Assembly: GCA_965215275.1 (NCBI GenBank)
Contig: OZ244044.1
Location: 1,792,001-1,856,000, forward strand
Direction of reading: 5' to 3'
From: Thermodesulfobacteriota bacterium
Lineage (GTDB): Bacteria; Desulfobacterota_D; UBA1144; Nemesobacterales; JAJCZQ01
Length of the DNA: 64,000 nucleotides
Under the pieces are notes generated by a model, which saw only the letters and a list, made by a program, of their open reading frames with translations, was not told the DNA's origin and ran no database searches. Made by a program: the position numbers and the translations under genes. Numbering within the stretch: position 1 is the first letter of the stretch; every line of letters starts with the position of its first letter. Below, piece after piece: positions 30,269 to 41,136 of this stretch.

Positions 30269-30985
30269 TTACCGGTCTATAAGTCTGATCATATCTCTGA
30301 CCGCTGTTTCCATGCCCACGAGCACGGATCTTGATATGATGCTGTGTCCTATGTTAAGTTCTTCTATACCGGCTATCCGGGCAATTTGTCTTACATTGTG
30401 GTAGTTCAGCCCATGTCCGGCGGAGACTCTCAGGCCAAGTGTCAGAGCGTGCTCTGCGGCACGTTCGACCTTCGTCAGTTCTCTGTTCCGTGATCTCTCG
30501 TTCTTTGCGTTTGCGTACAGTCCCGTGTGGATCTCAACCATATCTGAGCCTGCCTCCTGCGACATATCTATCTGCTTCCTGTCGGGGTCAACGAACAGGC
30601 TTACGGATATATTATATTTTTTTAATCTGGTAACGACTGCTTTGACGTCTGTGAAATTCGTAGCGACGTCCAGTCCGCCTTCGGTGGTCAGTTCCTTTCT
30701 TTTTTCAGGAACGATAGTTGCCATATCAGGACCGGTCTTTGTGGCGATCTTGACCATCTCACTGGTGGCTGCCATTTCCAGGTTGAGTTTGGTCTGAACG
30801 CATTTTCTCAGTATTTCTAGGTCCCGTTCCTGCACGTGTCGTCTGTCTTCTCGCAGGTGCACCACTATACCGCCTGCTCCTGACAGCTCTGATATCAAGG
30901 CGGCGGACACCGGGTCGGGCTCCGTTCCGCCCCTTGACTGTCTTAACGTGGCAACGTGGTCAACGTTTACGTTTAATCTTGGCAT
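30269..30985 (-). CDS. pdxJ: Pyridoxine 5'-phosphate synthase
   Basis: [26 protein letters not shown] and ELNIGHSII motifs. Confidence 0.98.
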   Translation of the reverse strand: MPRLNVNVDHVATLRQSRGGTEPDPVSAALISELSGAGGIVVHLREDRRHVQERDLEILRKCVQTKLNLEMAATSEMVKIATKTGPDMATIVPEKRKELTTEGGLDVATNFTDVKAVVTRLKKYNISVSLFVDPDRKQIDMSQEAGSDMVEIHTGLYANAKNERSRNRELTKVERAAEHALTLGLRVSAGHGLNYHNVRQIARIAGIEELNIGHSIISRSVLVGMETAVRDMIRLIDR

Positions 30986-32361
30986 TCTTTTAACCCTATT
31001 TCCTTTTCAATATGATCATAAATATCGCGGACAATGCCGTTTATATCAGACAGGTCTTCACCTTCAGCCATTATCCTTACAACTGGTTCGGTACCTGAAT
31101 ATCTGATATTGATCCTTCCCCTGTCCCCAAGTCTGCCTTTATAATGCTCGACCATTTTTTCCAGTCCGGGAACCTGATCAAGCGGAGGCTTTGCGGATAT
31201 TTTTACGTTCTTTATGACCTGAGGGAACATCCTGATCCTTTCCGCAAAGCAGGATAATGGTTTTTGCAGTCTTTTCATAATTGCCAGAACCTGAAGTGAC
31301 GCCAGAATTCCATCACCGGTCGTGGTATGATCAAGAAATATAATGTGTCCTGACTGTTCTCCTCCGAGGTTTATCCCTTTTTCTCTCATGAGTTCTGCCA
31401 CGTATCTGTCTCCCACGTCAGTACGGTGAAGCCTGATCCCCTTCTGCCTCAGAAAAAGCTCAAGGCCCATGTTGCTCATTAAAGTTGCAACTATCTCGTT
31501 CTTCTTCAGTTTTTTTCCGTTTATCATTTCTTCAGTACAGATCGCAAGAATAATGTCCCCATTGGCAACCGTTCCTTTTTCGTCGCATATTATAACCCTG
31601 TCGGCGTCTCCGTCCAGGGCGATCCCGATATCTGCTTTGTTCTTCAGAACCGTTTCTGTCAGCAGCTGCGGATTAAGGCTGCCGCAGTTGGTGTTGATGT
31701 TCTTCCCGTCAGGTCTGACCCCCAGAGCTGTCACTTCTGCTCCTAATTCGCTGTATACTGCCGGAGCTGCCTTGTAAGCCGCTCCATTGGCACAGTCCAG
31801 TACGATCTTCGTTCTTTTCAGATCGAGCTCTTCAGGAAAGGTACTTTTGACGAAAGAAGTGTATCTTCCGACGGGATTTTTTATTACTGCCTTTCCGATA
31901 TTGTTATCTGAACCTGTCAGTTTTTCTTCAGGGTCGGACATCAACCTTTCGATTTCCAGTTCTTTCTCGTCTGCGAGTTTAAAGCCGTGTCTGTCAAATA
32001 TCTTTATTCCGTTGTCCGTGTAGGGATTGTGCGAGGCTGATATTACCAGTCCGGCATCTGCCTTAATGTCCCTGGTTAAAAAGGCGATCGCGGGAGTTGG
32101 TAAAGGTCCTGCCAGATAAACGTTAACTCCCATTGACAGCAGACCGGACGATACTGCATGTTCAAAGATATCACAGGATTCCCTTGTATCCTTGCCAATG
32201 ATCACCTTAGGAACGGATGACCTGCGGGAGCTTGTAATAATACATGCAAGTGCTTTTCCCAGAATGAGTGCTACCTCTGGGGTCATAGGGTATTTATTTG
32301 CAACGCCTCGTATGCCGTCAGTACCGAACAGGTTTTTTGAACCGGACAATTTATATTCCAA
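30973..32361 (-). CDS. glmM: Phosphoglucosamine mutase
   Basis: [28 protein letters not shown] and RYSGTEP motifs. Confidence 0.97.
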   Translation of the reverse strand: MEYKLSGSKNLFGTDGIRGVANKYPMTPEVALILGKALACIITSSRRSSVPKVIIGKDTRESCDIFEHAVSSGLLSMGVNVYLAGPLPTPAIAFLTRDIKADAGLVISASHNPYTDNGIKIFDRHGFKLADEKELEIERLMSDPEEKLTGSDNNIGKAVIKNPVGRYTSFVKSTFPEELDLKRTKIVLDCANGAAYKAAPAVYSELGAEVTALGVRPDGKNINTNCGSLNPQLLTETVLKNKADIGIALDGDADRVIICDEKGTVANGDIILAICTEEMINGKKLKKNEIVATLMSNMGLELFLRQKGIRLHRTDVGDRYVAELMREKGINLGGEQSGHIIFLDHTTTGDGILASLQVLAIMKRLQKPLSCFAERIRMFPQVIKNVKISAKPPLDQVPGLEKMVEHYKGRLGDRGRINIRYSGTEPVVRIMAEGEDLSDINGIVRDIYDHIEKEIGLKECQD

Positions 32362-32362
32362 C

Positions 32363-33331
32363 TCAGTTGATGTTTATTTCAACTGTTTCAGGTGAGATAC
32401 TGCTTAAATGTAAACTATCGGAGTTTGGATAGTCAACTTTTACGGGCAGTTCATATTTGCCGGGCTCGGTGTTTTTCAGGTCGTCAGCGTCAACGTAAAC
32501 GGATATATCATCGCTGTTAAGCTTGTTAACGTGGCTGTATGGTCCGTCAAATGCGAGAGTTATTACGGTCGGGCCTGAAGCTGTATACCTGATCTCTTCA
32601 AAGTTATTAAAAGAGATGTTCAGGTTGTTGAACTCTTTTATAAGGTTTTCTTCCTTGATGTTCACGTTTATTTTCACAAGGCTTGTACCCTCTAAACTGA
32701 ACAGTTCGTTCGGGGACTCCAAAGGGAGTTCAATGGAGAAACTTGATCTTTCTCCCTCCAGGCTTATAAAGCGCGTGTCGATAGTTGTATATTTCCTTAT
32801 AAGTTTCCTAGGTCCTTTTACCTTTACTTTAGCAGGTGAGACCTTCGGACTGCCTTCGATCAGGAACCCCCTGTTGGGTTTGCCAAGTACTGGGTTGATC
32901 TTCATCGTTTTGGTTACGAGCCTGTCGATCTCTATTGAGATCTCAGAAGGGCTTGTGCTTATGGCCTTGACTTTTTTCGGAAGATTTATATTAGCGGTCT
33001 GAACCTGAACGTTTGACACGCCTGTGCTGAAACTGGACAGGTCGTAAGATATTGGCGGGATCGGATTGTTGAAGGAAAAGATATCATACCTTGGACCTCT
33101 GACGGTAAGGTTAACCCTGTCGGGCGGGTTATTTACTATGATCAGATTTACCGGCAGGTTCGTGTACCTCACGGGAACGGAGAAATTCTTTTCTATATCG
33201 AATTCCAGGTTCGTTGCAAACCAGAGCAGCGTGGCTATTGTGAACGCAATTATTATCTTACCGTAATTATTAAAAAGTGGATTTACGATATTCAGTCCTT
33301 TAAGACGGCTGTGATCGGATTTCAGATGCAT
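32363..33331 (-). CDS. cdaR: CdaR/YbbR-like diadenylate cyclase regulator
   Basis: N-terminal TM plus YbbR-like repeats (VNLTVRGP; VKVKGP); lies between cdaA and glmM. Confidence 0.82.
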   Translation of the reverse strand: MHLKSDHSRLKGLNIVNPLFNNYGKIIIAFTIATLLWFATNLEFDIEKNFSVPVRYTNLPVNLIIVNNPPDRVNLTVRGPRYDIFSFNNPIPPISYDLSSFSTGVSNVQVQTANINLPKKVKAISTSPSEISIEIDRLVTKTMKINPVLGKPNRGFLIEGSPKVSPAKVKVKGPRKLIRKYTTIDTRFISLEGERSSFSIELPLESPNELFSLEGTSLVKINVNIKEENLIKEFNNLNISFNNFEEIRYTASGPTVITLAFDGPYSHVNKLNSDDISVYVDADDLKNTEPGKYELPVKVDYPNSDSLHLSSISPETVEININ

Positions 33332-33338
33332 TGCTGTT

Positions 33339-34142
33339 CTAATTTGTTGATTCTGACAAAGACTGTTTCTCTTTACGTTCTGATGGCTTTATATTAAGCA
33401 GGCTTGCCAGGTTATTATAAAGTGCTGATGGTTCAAGTTTCTGCTTTATCTCTCCCTGTACTGCAAGAGATACGTTCCCCGTTTCTTCTGATACGACGAT
33501 CACGACGGCGTCAGTTTCAGAAGTTAATCCGACCGATGCTCTGTGGCGCGTTCCAAAGCTCTTCTCCAGGGCCGGATCGGTATCTAACGGGAAAAAGGAC
33601 CCGGCGGAGGCGATCTTATTGTTGGAAATAACGATCCCTCCATCATGTAACGGGGATACAGGATTGAATATGCTTATTATCAGTCCCATCGAGATGTCGG
33701 CTTCAAGGCTCGTGCCGAGTTCTATATAGTCCGCCAGGCTGGTATTTCTTTCGATCGCTATGATCGCCCCGATCTTTTTGTCTGCCATGTAAGTGGAAGC
33801 TTTTACCAGTTCATCAACGGTTCTTTCTTCTGACAGTACTTTGCTGAACCTGAGTAAGAACGGCTTCTTTCCTATATTGGTCAGGGCCTTTCTTATATCG
33901 TTTTGAAAAAGTATCACTATAATAAGGATAATAGAACCGAAGAAATGGTTCAGTATCCAGTGCAGTGTAAAAAGTCCCGTACTTTTGGACAGGAAAAACA
34001 AAACGATCAAAGCCATCAGTCCAGACAGCATCTGAGCTGCTTTTGTTCCCTCTATGATCTTCAGGATATAGTAGATCACCAGGGCAACGAGCAGTATGTC
34101 CAGAGGGTCCAGTATGTATCTGAAGTTCGATGCAAGTTCCAA
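33339..34142 (-). CDS. cdaA: Diadenylate cyclase CdaA (DacA)
   Basis: Three TM helices; SPLHDGG, GTRHRA and VSEETG DAC motifs. Confidence 0.95.
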   Translation of the reverse strand: MELASNFRYILDPLDILLVALVIYYILKIIEGTKAAQMLSGLMALIVLFFLSKSTGLFTLHWILNHFFGSIILIIVILFQNDIRKALTNIGKKPFLLRFSKVLSEERTVDELVKASTYMADKKIGAIIAIERNTSLADYIELGTSLEADISMGLIISIFNPVSPLHDGGIVISNNKIASAGSFFPLDTDPALEKSFGTRHRASVGLTSETDAVVIVVSEETGNVSLAVQGEIKQKLEPSALYNNLASLLNIKPSERKEKQSLSESTN

Positions 34143-34157
34143 TTTTTAATTCCTTTG

Positions 34158-34994
34158 TTAATTCCTGTTGTAGATCGCGTTGGTCATCATAGCGATTAAT
34201 TTCATATGACGGACGTCATGAACCCTTATGATCGAAGCTCCGTTTATGATCGAGATTACCACGCTTGCCGCGGTTCCTTCTAACCTGTCCTGAGGGGGCA
34301 GGTCTCCCAGCAGCTTACCAATGAACGATTTTCTTGAAGTTCCTGTCATTACCGGCCTTCCCAGCTCAGAAAAGCGGGAGAGGTTTCTGATTATCTCAAT
34401 ATTCTGTTCAACCGTTTTTCCAAATCCAATACCTGGATCAACTACAATACTTTCAAATTCAACTCCAAGGGACAGTGCCTTCTGTATCGAGGAATCAAGG
34501 GATGAGATAATGTCTTCGATCAGAGAAGCGTAGCTTACTCTCTGCTGCATATATGCGGGGCGGCCAGACGTGTGCATCAGAACTATCCCGGCTTTGTGCC
34601 GAGCCACCTCTTCCGCTGATCTTTCATCAAAATTAAGTCCGCTTATATCGTTTATTATAGAGACCCCTAATTTGAGCGCCTCTCGGGCAACTGCAGATTT
34701 TGTTGTATCAACTGAAAATATACAGTTAAATCTTTCACTGGCCTTTTCAAGGACCGGCATTATTCTGTCCAGTTCTTCCTGTTCCGTAACGTGACGTGAA
34801 CCGGGACGCGTTGATTCAGCGCCAATGTCGATTATGTCCGCGCCTTCTGAAAGCATTTTATCTATCCTGAATAAACAGTCATCTACCGTTTTGTAAAGAC
34901 CGCCGTCATAGAACGAGTCAGGGGTCACGTTCAGAATACCCATTACGAAAGTCCTCTGACCCAGGTTTATGGTCTTATTCCTTAATTTCAGCAA
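34158..34994 (-). CDS. folP: Dihydropteroate synthase
   Basis: MGILNVTPDSFYDGG, DPGIGFGK, GTSRKSFIG and RVHDV motifs. Confidence 0.97.
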   Translation of the reverse strand: MLKLRNKTINLGQRTFVMGILNVTPDSFYDGGLYKTVDDCLFRIDKMLSEGADIIDIGAESTRPGSRHVTEQEELDRIMPVLEKASERFNCIFSVDTTKSAVAREALKLGVSIINDISGLNFDERSAEEVARHKAGIVLMHTSGRPAYMQQRVSYASLIEDIISSLDSSIQKALSLGVEFESIVVDPGIGFGKTVEQNIEIIRNLSRFSELGRPVMTGTSRKSFIGKLLGDLPPQDRLEGTAASVVISIINGASIIRVHDVRHMKLIAMMTNAIYNRN

Positions 34995-35130
34995 GTCAGA
35001 ATTTCTTTTTTCAATTTGCCTGTTAATAGTGGCTCAACCTGCAACTAAGCTGTCAAATGCCATATATCAATTATATGACATATATCAGCAAAATAAAAAT
35101 AAGCTGTAAGCGTGCGGAACTGATCTGATC

Positions 35131-36957
35131 TTAAGTGGCGGCAAGATCCGGGTTATATTTCAGCACCAGACCGTTCAGTTCCTTGCTGTCGACCACTTCT
35201 TTTTCTAACAGAACGTTGGCAAGTGCATGCAGGATCTCCAGATTATCTTCCAGCAGTTTTTTGGATCTTTTCCAGCACCCGTTCACGATATTTTTAATTT
35301 CTCTGTCAATAAGCACGGCGGTTTCATCGCTGTACTCGGTGTGTCTGGACATCTCCTTGCCAAGGAATACCTGCTCGTCAGCCTTGCCAAAGGTCACGGG
35401 TCCCAGTGCTTCGCTCATTCCCCATTCGCATACCATCTTTCTTGCGATCTCCGTTACCCTTTCAAGGTCGTTACCAGCTCCGCTCGTTCTTTCATTGAAC
35501 ACTATTTCCTCTGCAGCTCGTCCGCCCAGAAGTACCATGATAGTGCTGTGAAGATACGTTCTGGAGTGGGTGTATTTATCTTCTATCGGCAGCTGCTGGG
35601 TAACTCCAAGAGCCATGCCCCTTGGAATGATGGTAACCTTGTGTATCGGGTCTGCTTCCGGCGTGAATTTAGCCACAAGTGCGTGTCCGGCCTCATGATA
35701 CGCGGTAATACGCTTTTCCTTTTCGCTTATCATCATGCTTTTTCGTTCAACGCCCATCATCACTTTGTCCTTTGCGTATTCAAAGTCGTCCATTGCTATC
35801 TTGTCCCTGCCACGTTTTGCCGCGTGAAGTGCTGATTCATTTACCAGGTTCTGAAGGTCGGCCCCTGAAAATCCGGGAGTGGACCTTGCAATAAGTGAAA
35901 GATCAACGTCGCTGTTAATGGGCGTGTTTTTGGAATGGACCTTTAATATCTCTTCTCTTCCTCTGACGTCCGGTCTGGGAACCACGACCTGCCTGTCAAA
36001 TCTTCCAGGTCTTAATAATGCCGGGTCCAGAACGTCTGGTCTGTTCGTGGCCGCCATTACTATTACTCCTTCATTACCTTCAAATCCGTCCATTTCCACG
36101 AGCATCTGATTCAGGGTCTGTTCCCTCTCGTCGTGTCCTCCACCAAGACCAGCCCCCCTGTGCCTTCCAACGGCGTCAAGTTCGTCAACGAATATTATGC
36201 AGGGAGAGTTTCGCTTGGCCTGTACGAACAGTTCTCTCACCCGGGAGGCTCCCACGCCCACGAACATCTCTACAAAATCACTTCCGCTTATTATAAAGAA
36301 AGGAACCCCTGCTTCGCCGGCGATAGCTTTGGCAATAAGGGTTTTACCCGTGCCGGGAGGTCCAACGAGCAGAACTCCCTTAGGGATCTTTCCACCCAGT
36401 TTAGTGAATTTCTTCGGGTCCTTGAGGAACTCCACTATCTCGCTGACTTCCTCTTTTGCTTCGTCAACGCCTGCAACGTCCTTGAACGTGACCTTGTTCT
36501 GACCTTCGGTCAGCATTCTGGATTTATTTTTACCAAACGACATCGCCTTGGTCCCGCCTGTCTGGATCTGTCTCATGAACAGCACCATCAGTAAAATAAG
36601 TATGATCAACGGAGCCCAGTTAAACAGTATCTGCGTCAGCGACCCTTCTTTCTTTTTGGAAAAACTGAAGTTTATATTTTTATCCGTAAGGCGGTTGATC
36701 AGCTTTTCAGTTGATGGTCCAACGGTTTTGAACCTTGTGACGTTCTCTCCTGCTTCCGTGTACCTGAGGTTCCCCTTTATGCTGTTTTCGCTGAACACGA
36801 TATCACTGACGTCGCTTTGTTCCACCAGAGTTAAAAATCTGCTGTAGCTTATATCTTTATGTATTGTCCTTGGTGTGTTTACGAGCTGGTACAGCGCAAT
36901 GATTACAACGAAGATCAAAACCCAGATAGCTAAATTTTTTAATATTGGACTGTTCAT
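35131..36957 (-). CDS. ftsH: ATP-dependent zinc metalloprotease FtsH
   Basis: Two TM helices; [21 protein letters not shown] and HEAGH motifs. Confidence 0.99.
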   Translation of the reverse strand: MNSPILKNLAIWVLIFVVIIALYQLVNTPRTIHKDISYSRFLTLVEQSDVSDIVFSENSIKGNLRYTEAGENVTRFKTVGPSTEKLINRLTDKNINFSFSKKKEGSLTQILFNWAPLIILILLMVLFMRQIQTGGTKAMSFGKNKSRMLTEGQNKVTFKDVAGVDEAKEEVSEIVEFLKDPKKFTKLGGKIPKGVLLVGPPGTGKTLIAKAIAGEAGVPFFIISGSDFVEMFVGVGASRVRELFVQAKRNSPCIIFVDELDAVGRHRGAGLGGGHDEREQTLNQMLVEMDGFEGNEGVIVMAATNRPDVLDPALLRPGRFDRQVVVPRPDVRGREEILKVHSKNTPINSDVDLSLIARSTPGFSGADLQNLVNESALHAAKRGRDKIAMDDFEYAKDKVMMGVERKSMMISEKEKRITAYHEAGHALVAKFTPEADPIHKVTIIPRGMALGVTQQLPIEDKYTHSRTYLHSTIMVLLGGRAAEEIVFNERTSGAGNDLERVTEIARKMVCEWGMSEALGPVTFGKADEQVFLGKEMSRHTEYSDETAVLIDREIKNIVNGCWKRSKKLLEDNLEILHALANVLLEKEVVDSKELNGLVLKYNPDLAAT

Positions 36958-37258
36958 CTGCTTATCCTGTTACATGTCTTTATGAAAAATAAGATAATCA
37001 CTTATTATAAACGTTCAATAATAAAAGTTATCACACTATCTGTTTTCTTTCAATGTTCGAAATGCTGAAGGGTCCGGCATGACCATGGAACGGAGACCGT
37101 TATATACGTATCCAGCACAGGTTTTCCTTCAGGAGAAGATCCTTTTTACCGTCTTCATGGCAAGGCCACAGATACCATTGTTGCGGCCGTTCACTTCAGT
37201 TCGAACGCTTTATCATTTATCTGTTTTACGTTCGTCAGTACCCACGTGCGGGAGGGTT

Positions 37259-38194
37259 TTACGAATACGCTGCCACGGTATTTCCCATAACCTCCACGTT
37301 GCTCTGCTTACCGACCGGAGCAGGTGCGATTATCGCAAGTTCCATTCCGGTATTAAAATAGTTCTGAAGTTTTTCCCTGCATTTGGAAGCTGGGCCCGCC
37401 AGTGCAACTGCCTCAACTAGTTCATCAGAAAATACTTCCGCGGGGTTTGCACCACCCTGTATCTGCTCTACTATATCGCCAAACCCGATATTTTTTATCA
37501 GTCTTTGATAGAAGGGGAACCTTGCGTAACCGGAAAGACCTTTTTTAGCGGATTCGATCGCCTTGCCTTCATCTTCTGATACGAAAGAGGGAATTCCATT
37601 TGTTATCGTGATGTCGGAAATGCTCCTGCCTGCTTTTTCCGCCCCTGTTTTAACGTTCCTGATCAGTTCGGTCATATATTCCGGCGGGCACATATACGGC
37701 ATTAACCCGTCGGCTACCTCACCTGCCAGTTCTGCTGCTGACTTTGTCAGGCCTGCTATGTAAACGGGAAGATGTGGCAGCTTTCTCTTCAGTGTCAGTC
37801 TTTCGGAACTTCCATCCGCCAAGGCCCTGACCTCCGTTACATAATTTCTCATATCCTCTACCGGATCACCCATCTCAATTCCGTATCTGCTGTTGACGGG
37901 CTTGTGACTTACTCCCAAGCCAAGTATCATCCTTCCTCCTGTGATCTCCTGAACGGTAAGTGCCGTTGCCGTGGCTACAACGGGCTGACGCATGTATATA
38001 TTTGCTATCCACGTTCCGACTTTAATCTTTTCTGTGGTTTCTGCAAACACCTGTGCATTTGATAAGGCACTGTAAGGAGGAACTTCGGGGGAAAATATGG
38101 CATCTAATCCACCCTCCTCACAGATGCGTGCAAGCGACCTGAGATCTTCCAAGCTGCATCCCCAGACTGGTGAAATCGTGGCGATTTTACTCAT
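37259..38194 (-). CDS. LLM-class (luciferase-like) flavin/F420-dependent oxidoreductase
   Basis: TEKIKVGTWI, GRMILGLGVSH, PVYIAG and LAGEVADG motifs. Confidence 0.85.
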   Translation of the reverse strand: MSKIATISPVWGCSLEDLRSLARICEEGGLDAIFSPEVPPYSALSNAQVFAETTEKIKVGTWIANIYMRQPVVATATALTVQEITGGRMILGLGVSHKPVNSRYGIEMGDPVEDMRNYVTEVRALADGSSERLTLKRKLPHLPVYIAGLTKSAAELAGEVADGLMPYMCPPEYMTELIRNVKTGAEKAGRSISDITITNGIPSFVSEDEGKAIESAKKGLSGYARFPFYQRLIKNIGFGDIVEQIQGGANPAEVFSDELVEAVALAGPASKCREKLQNYFNTGMELAIIAPAPVGKQSNVEVMGNTVAAYS

Positions 38195-38405
38195 TATCGT
38201 TCTCCTTTGGTATTTAGTTTATACATCATTAAGTTGGTTTTTTGTTTCAACGATATAATTATAACACGTTCTTACTGTCATTGACAGAGCAGAAAAGTAA
38301 AATAGTTCATCTACTGGACTTTAACGGTACTCTGCCACGGCTCACCCAGCAGTATCCCATTAATTTACCTTTACAACTCGTTGTTCGTTGTGTACAATTC
38401 AATAA

Positions 38406-38522
38406 ATGTTTGACTTAGAACCACATGAGAAAGAGGGTGCGGTTTACATAGCGGGTGTATTTGTTTTAATTGCCTCGATTATGCTGATAGCGTCACTTAC
38501 GCACGTTATACTTTCACCTTAA
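38406..38522 (+). CDS. Putative leaderless 38-aa single-TM peptide
   Basis: MFDLEPHEKEGAVYIAGVFVLIASIMLIASLTHVILSP; TTTACA-17-TACAAT promoter ends 7 nt before the ATG. Confidence 0.6.
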   Translation: MFDLEPHEKEGAVYIAGVFVLIASIMLIASLTHVILSP

Positions 38523-38986
38523 CTGATCCCCCATTTTAACACCTGCAAAACTGCATCTTGCGGATCTATCACCTTGTTGGTATTGTCGTAAAATGTAATT
38601 TCGTCCTTGACCTTCTCATATCTCAGGCTTAACAGCTGTACTGTTCTGTGCATGCTCTGTTTTACCTGCGTGCCGTCTCTGGAGGCAAGTCCGTATATAA
38701 ATATGCTGCTTCTGCTCTGGATGACGAAACTGAACTTCTTTTCCGTCCTGATCACAAAACCACTGCAGCGGTCCTGAAAACTGAAAAGGAGCGGGACCAG
38801 ATCTTCGTGCAGTCTGTGCAGTCTGATGGGACAGGCACTGTTCCCGCTGAAATTATCAACTCCTGACCTTGCAATATTGAAAAGTATGTTCAGTGCTTCA
38901 CTGTCTTGTGCCTCGAAGGTCTTGCCTTTTTCAGAAGCCGCTGTCTTTTGTGACATGGCTTTGATCTCTTTTATAAAATCATCCAT
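38519..38986 (-). CDS. Hypothetical protein
   Basis: 155-aa ORF with RBS-like AAGGA; no family recognised. Confidence 0.7.
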   Translation of the reverse strand: MDDFIKEIKAMSQKTAASEKGKTFEAQDSEALNILFNIARSGVDNFSGNSACPIRLHRLHEDLVPLLFSFQDRCSGFVIRTEKKFSFVIQSRSSIFIYGLASRDGTQVKQSMHRTVQLLSLRYEKVKDEITFYDNTNKVIDPQDAVLQVLKWGIS

Positions 38987-39072
38987 TTAAAAAGCCGTTC
39001 CTTTTATTTGCTGCTTCTGGGTTATATAATAGTACCTGATGGTTGCTGCATACATCAGCGAGGTTGTAAAAT

Positions 39073-40713
39073 ATAGAGAATATATACGGTAAAACTTCCG
39101 GATTAACGAGATCCCAGCTCAAGACCGTCTCAAGGCTTTACAGACGCCGGGTTCAGCCAGCCAGTCTTATAAGCAGCGAGCTTGTAAGGACCCTTACTCA
39201 GACCTCTTACGAAATCGGCAGAAAAATATCCCTGTTGATCAACAGAAGGGGCAAGGTCCATTCAGTGTTCCTGGGCGATGCGTATGAGATCGATTATGAA
39301 AAGCTCTTAGGAAGGTTCAGGGAAGCTAAATTCAGATTAAGGGGATTCAAGGTGATCCATTCCCATTTTAACGATTTCAGTTTATCCAGGGACGATCTTG
39401 CCACTCTTATAAAAGAGCGGCTGGATATGATGGGCGTGGTAGAGGTAAAGGAGAACGGACACGCCGGGAGATTGCAGTTTGCACATATATCCCTGTCAAA
39501 CGGTAACCCGGATGAAAAGTGGAAGATCTATTCGTTTGACGACGTAGGCAGGGTAGATATTGAATGGAACTATCTTCTGGACGATATCCAGCGAAAGCTG
39601 GAGAGATCATACAGGCAGTCAGGGGGGAATACCAGTAACGAAGGGGCTTTACTGGTTGCTTTCAGCACTCAGGGCAGAGAAGCGGCCGAACGGTCGGTTG
39701 AAGAACTTAAATCACTTTCTGAATCAAGTGAGAGGAGGGTGCTTGGTTCTGTGTTTCAGATAAGAAAAAGGGTTGACCCGAGGTATCTTATAGGTAAAGG
39801 AAAATTAAGGGAGGTCGTTCTTCAGGCTGAACACATTGGTGCGGGCACCATAATTTTCGACGTGGAACTGACCCCTGCCCAGATCAATCTGATATCGGCG
39901 CAGACCACACTGAACGTTATTGACAGAACTCAGCTTATACTGGAGATCTTTCAAAGGCATGCAACCTCAAGCGAGGGAAAGATCCAGGTCAGACTTGCCG
40001 GTCTTAAATATAATTTACCAAGATTAAGAGGCAGGGGAGTTGAACTTTCTCAGCTCGGTGCAGGTATTGGAACAAGAGGTCCCGGAGAGACCAGACTGGA
40101 ATATCAGCGCAGGACCATAAGAAAGCAGATCGAAAAACTTGAGAAGCAGATAGATAAGATCAGTTTCAGAAGGAAAAGCACTCGTGAAAGAAGGACGTCG
40201 ACCGGTATCAGGTCAGTTTCACTCGTTGGATACACGAACGCCGGTAAGTCCACGCTTTTTAATACGCTTACCAATGACAGGGTCAAGGTACAGGACAGGC
40301 TCTTTTCAACGCTTGGTCCTACCACCAGAAAGATCAGACTTCCTTCAAGGACGGACGTGCTGATAATAGATACCGTGGGGTTTATAAGCAATTTACCGGA
40401 AGATCTGATAAATGCTTTCAGAGCAACACTTGAGGAAATAGGCGAAGCTGATCTTCTTCTTCACGTTATTGACGCAAGTGACCCGATGATCGAGGAAAGG
40501 ATAGGATCTGTGGAAAGTATACTGAACTCCATGGGTTTTGGAGATATTCCCGGGTTAATGGTCTTTAATAAAAGAGATAAGACAGACGAGCAGACTGTAC
40601 GATTCCTTGAAAGGGCATATGATACAACTGTGGTCTCTGCTTTGAGTAAGATAAATATAAAGGGCCTGCTGGAATTGATCGATCGGAATATACAGCAGGT
40701 TTATCACGGTTAG
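39073..40713 (+). CDS. hflX: GTPase HflX (long N-terminal form), probable AUA start
   Basis: GTRGPGETRLE, GYTNAGKSTL, DTVGFI and NKRD motifs; frame open upstream to ATA 39073 (IENIYGKTSGL...), preceded by in-frame TAA and RBS GAGGT. Confidence 0.93.
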   Translation: MENIYGKTSGLTRSQLKTVSRLYRRRVQPASLISSELVRTLTQTSYEIGRKISLLINRRGKVHSVFLGDAYEIDYEKLLGRFREAKFRLRGFKVIHSHFNDFSLSRDDLATLIKERLDMMGVVEVKENGHAGRLQFAHISLSNGNPDEKWKIYSFDDVGRVDIEWNYLLDDIQRKLERSYRQSGGNTSNEGALLVAFSTQGREAAERSVEELKSLSESSERRVLGSVFQIRKRVDPRYLIGKGKLREVVLQAEHIGAGTIIFDVELTPAQINLISAQTTLNVIDRTQLILEIFQRHATSSEGKIQVRLAGLKYNLPRLRGRGVELSQLGAGIGTRGPGETRLEYQRRTIRKQIEKLEKQIDKISFRRKSTRERRTSTGIRSVSLVGYTNAGKSTLFNTLTNDRVKVQDRLFSTLGPTTRKIRLPSRTDVLIIDTVGFISNLPEDLINAFRATLEEIGEADLLLHVIDASDPMIEERIGSVESILNSMGFGDIPGLMVFNKRDKTDEQTVRFLERAYDTTVVSALSKINIKGLLELIDRNIQQVYHG

Positions 40714-40867
40714 GGTGTGTTTTGGTCACCGGTATTATTCCTGCAGGAGCGTGATTGTCGTGCAGCAAGGTCTCCGTCCGTCGAGGACATATCTCTGATC
40801 GACAGCCACATATCTGTTAAGGCACACAGCAGATTTCAAACTTAAATCCCTGTGATGGTCTGATAAT

Positions 40868-40896
40868 AAAAAGGGTACGAAAATCGTACCCTTTTT
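40868..40896. terminator. Bidirectional intrinsic terminator
   Basis: AAAAAGGGTACGA-AAA-TCGTACCCTTTTT perfect hairpin between convergent genes. Confidence 0.85.
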
Positions 40897-40920
40897 ACCT
40901 ATGATTTTATCTGCTAAAAG

Positions 40921-41112
40921 TTACCAGGGCTTGGATGCGTCGTCCTGACCTTTCAGGTTTTTGATCCATTTGCTATCATCATATATCGATACACCGTAAA
41001 TAATTGCCAGGTTGGCAATTATAAGACCTATATCGGTGTTATTTGTCTGTTCCGCCCTTTTTTTTATCTTATCATGAATAGGGTCGGGAATGTTTATAGT
41101 AATCTCAGCCAT
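40921..41112 (-). CDS. Small protein with ribbon-helix-helix-like N-terminus
   Basis: MAEITINIPDPIHDKIKKRAE; RBS AGGAGG. Confidence 0.6.
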   Translation of the reverse strand: MAEITINIPDPIHDKIKKRAEQTNNTDIGLIIANLAIIYGVSIYDDSKWIKNLKGQDDASKPW

Positions 41113-41136
41113 TTTTAACCTCCTGCTAATTGACGT

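Noticed and set aside
37040..37258. Intergenic stretch and 113-aa plus-strand ORF between ftsH and the LLM gene
   Set aside because: No recognisable protein or RNA motif; the ORF overlaps the LLM gene antisense
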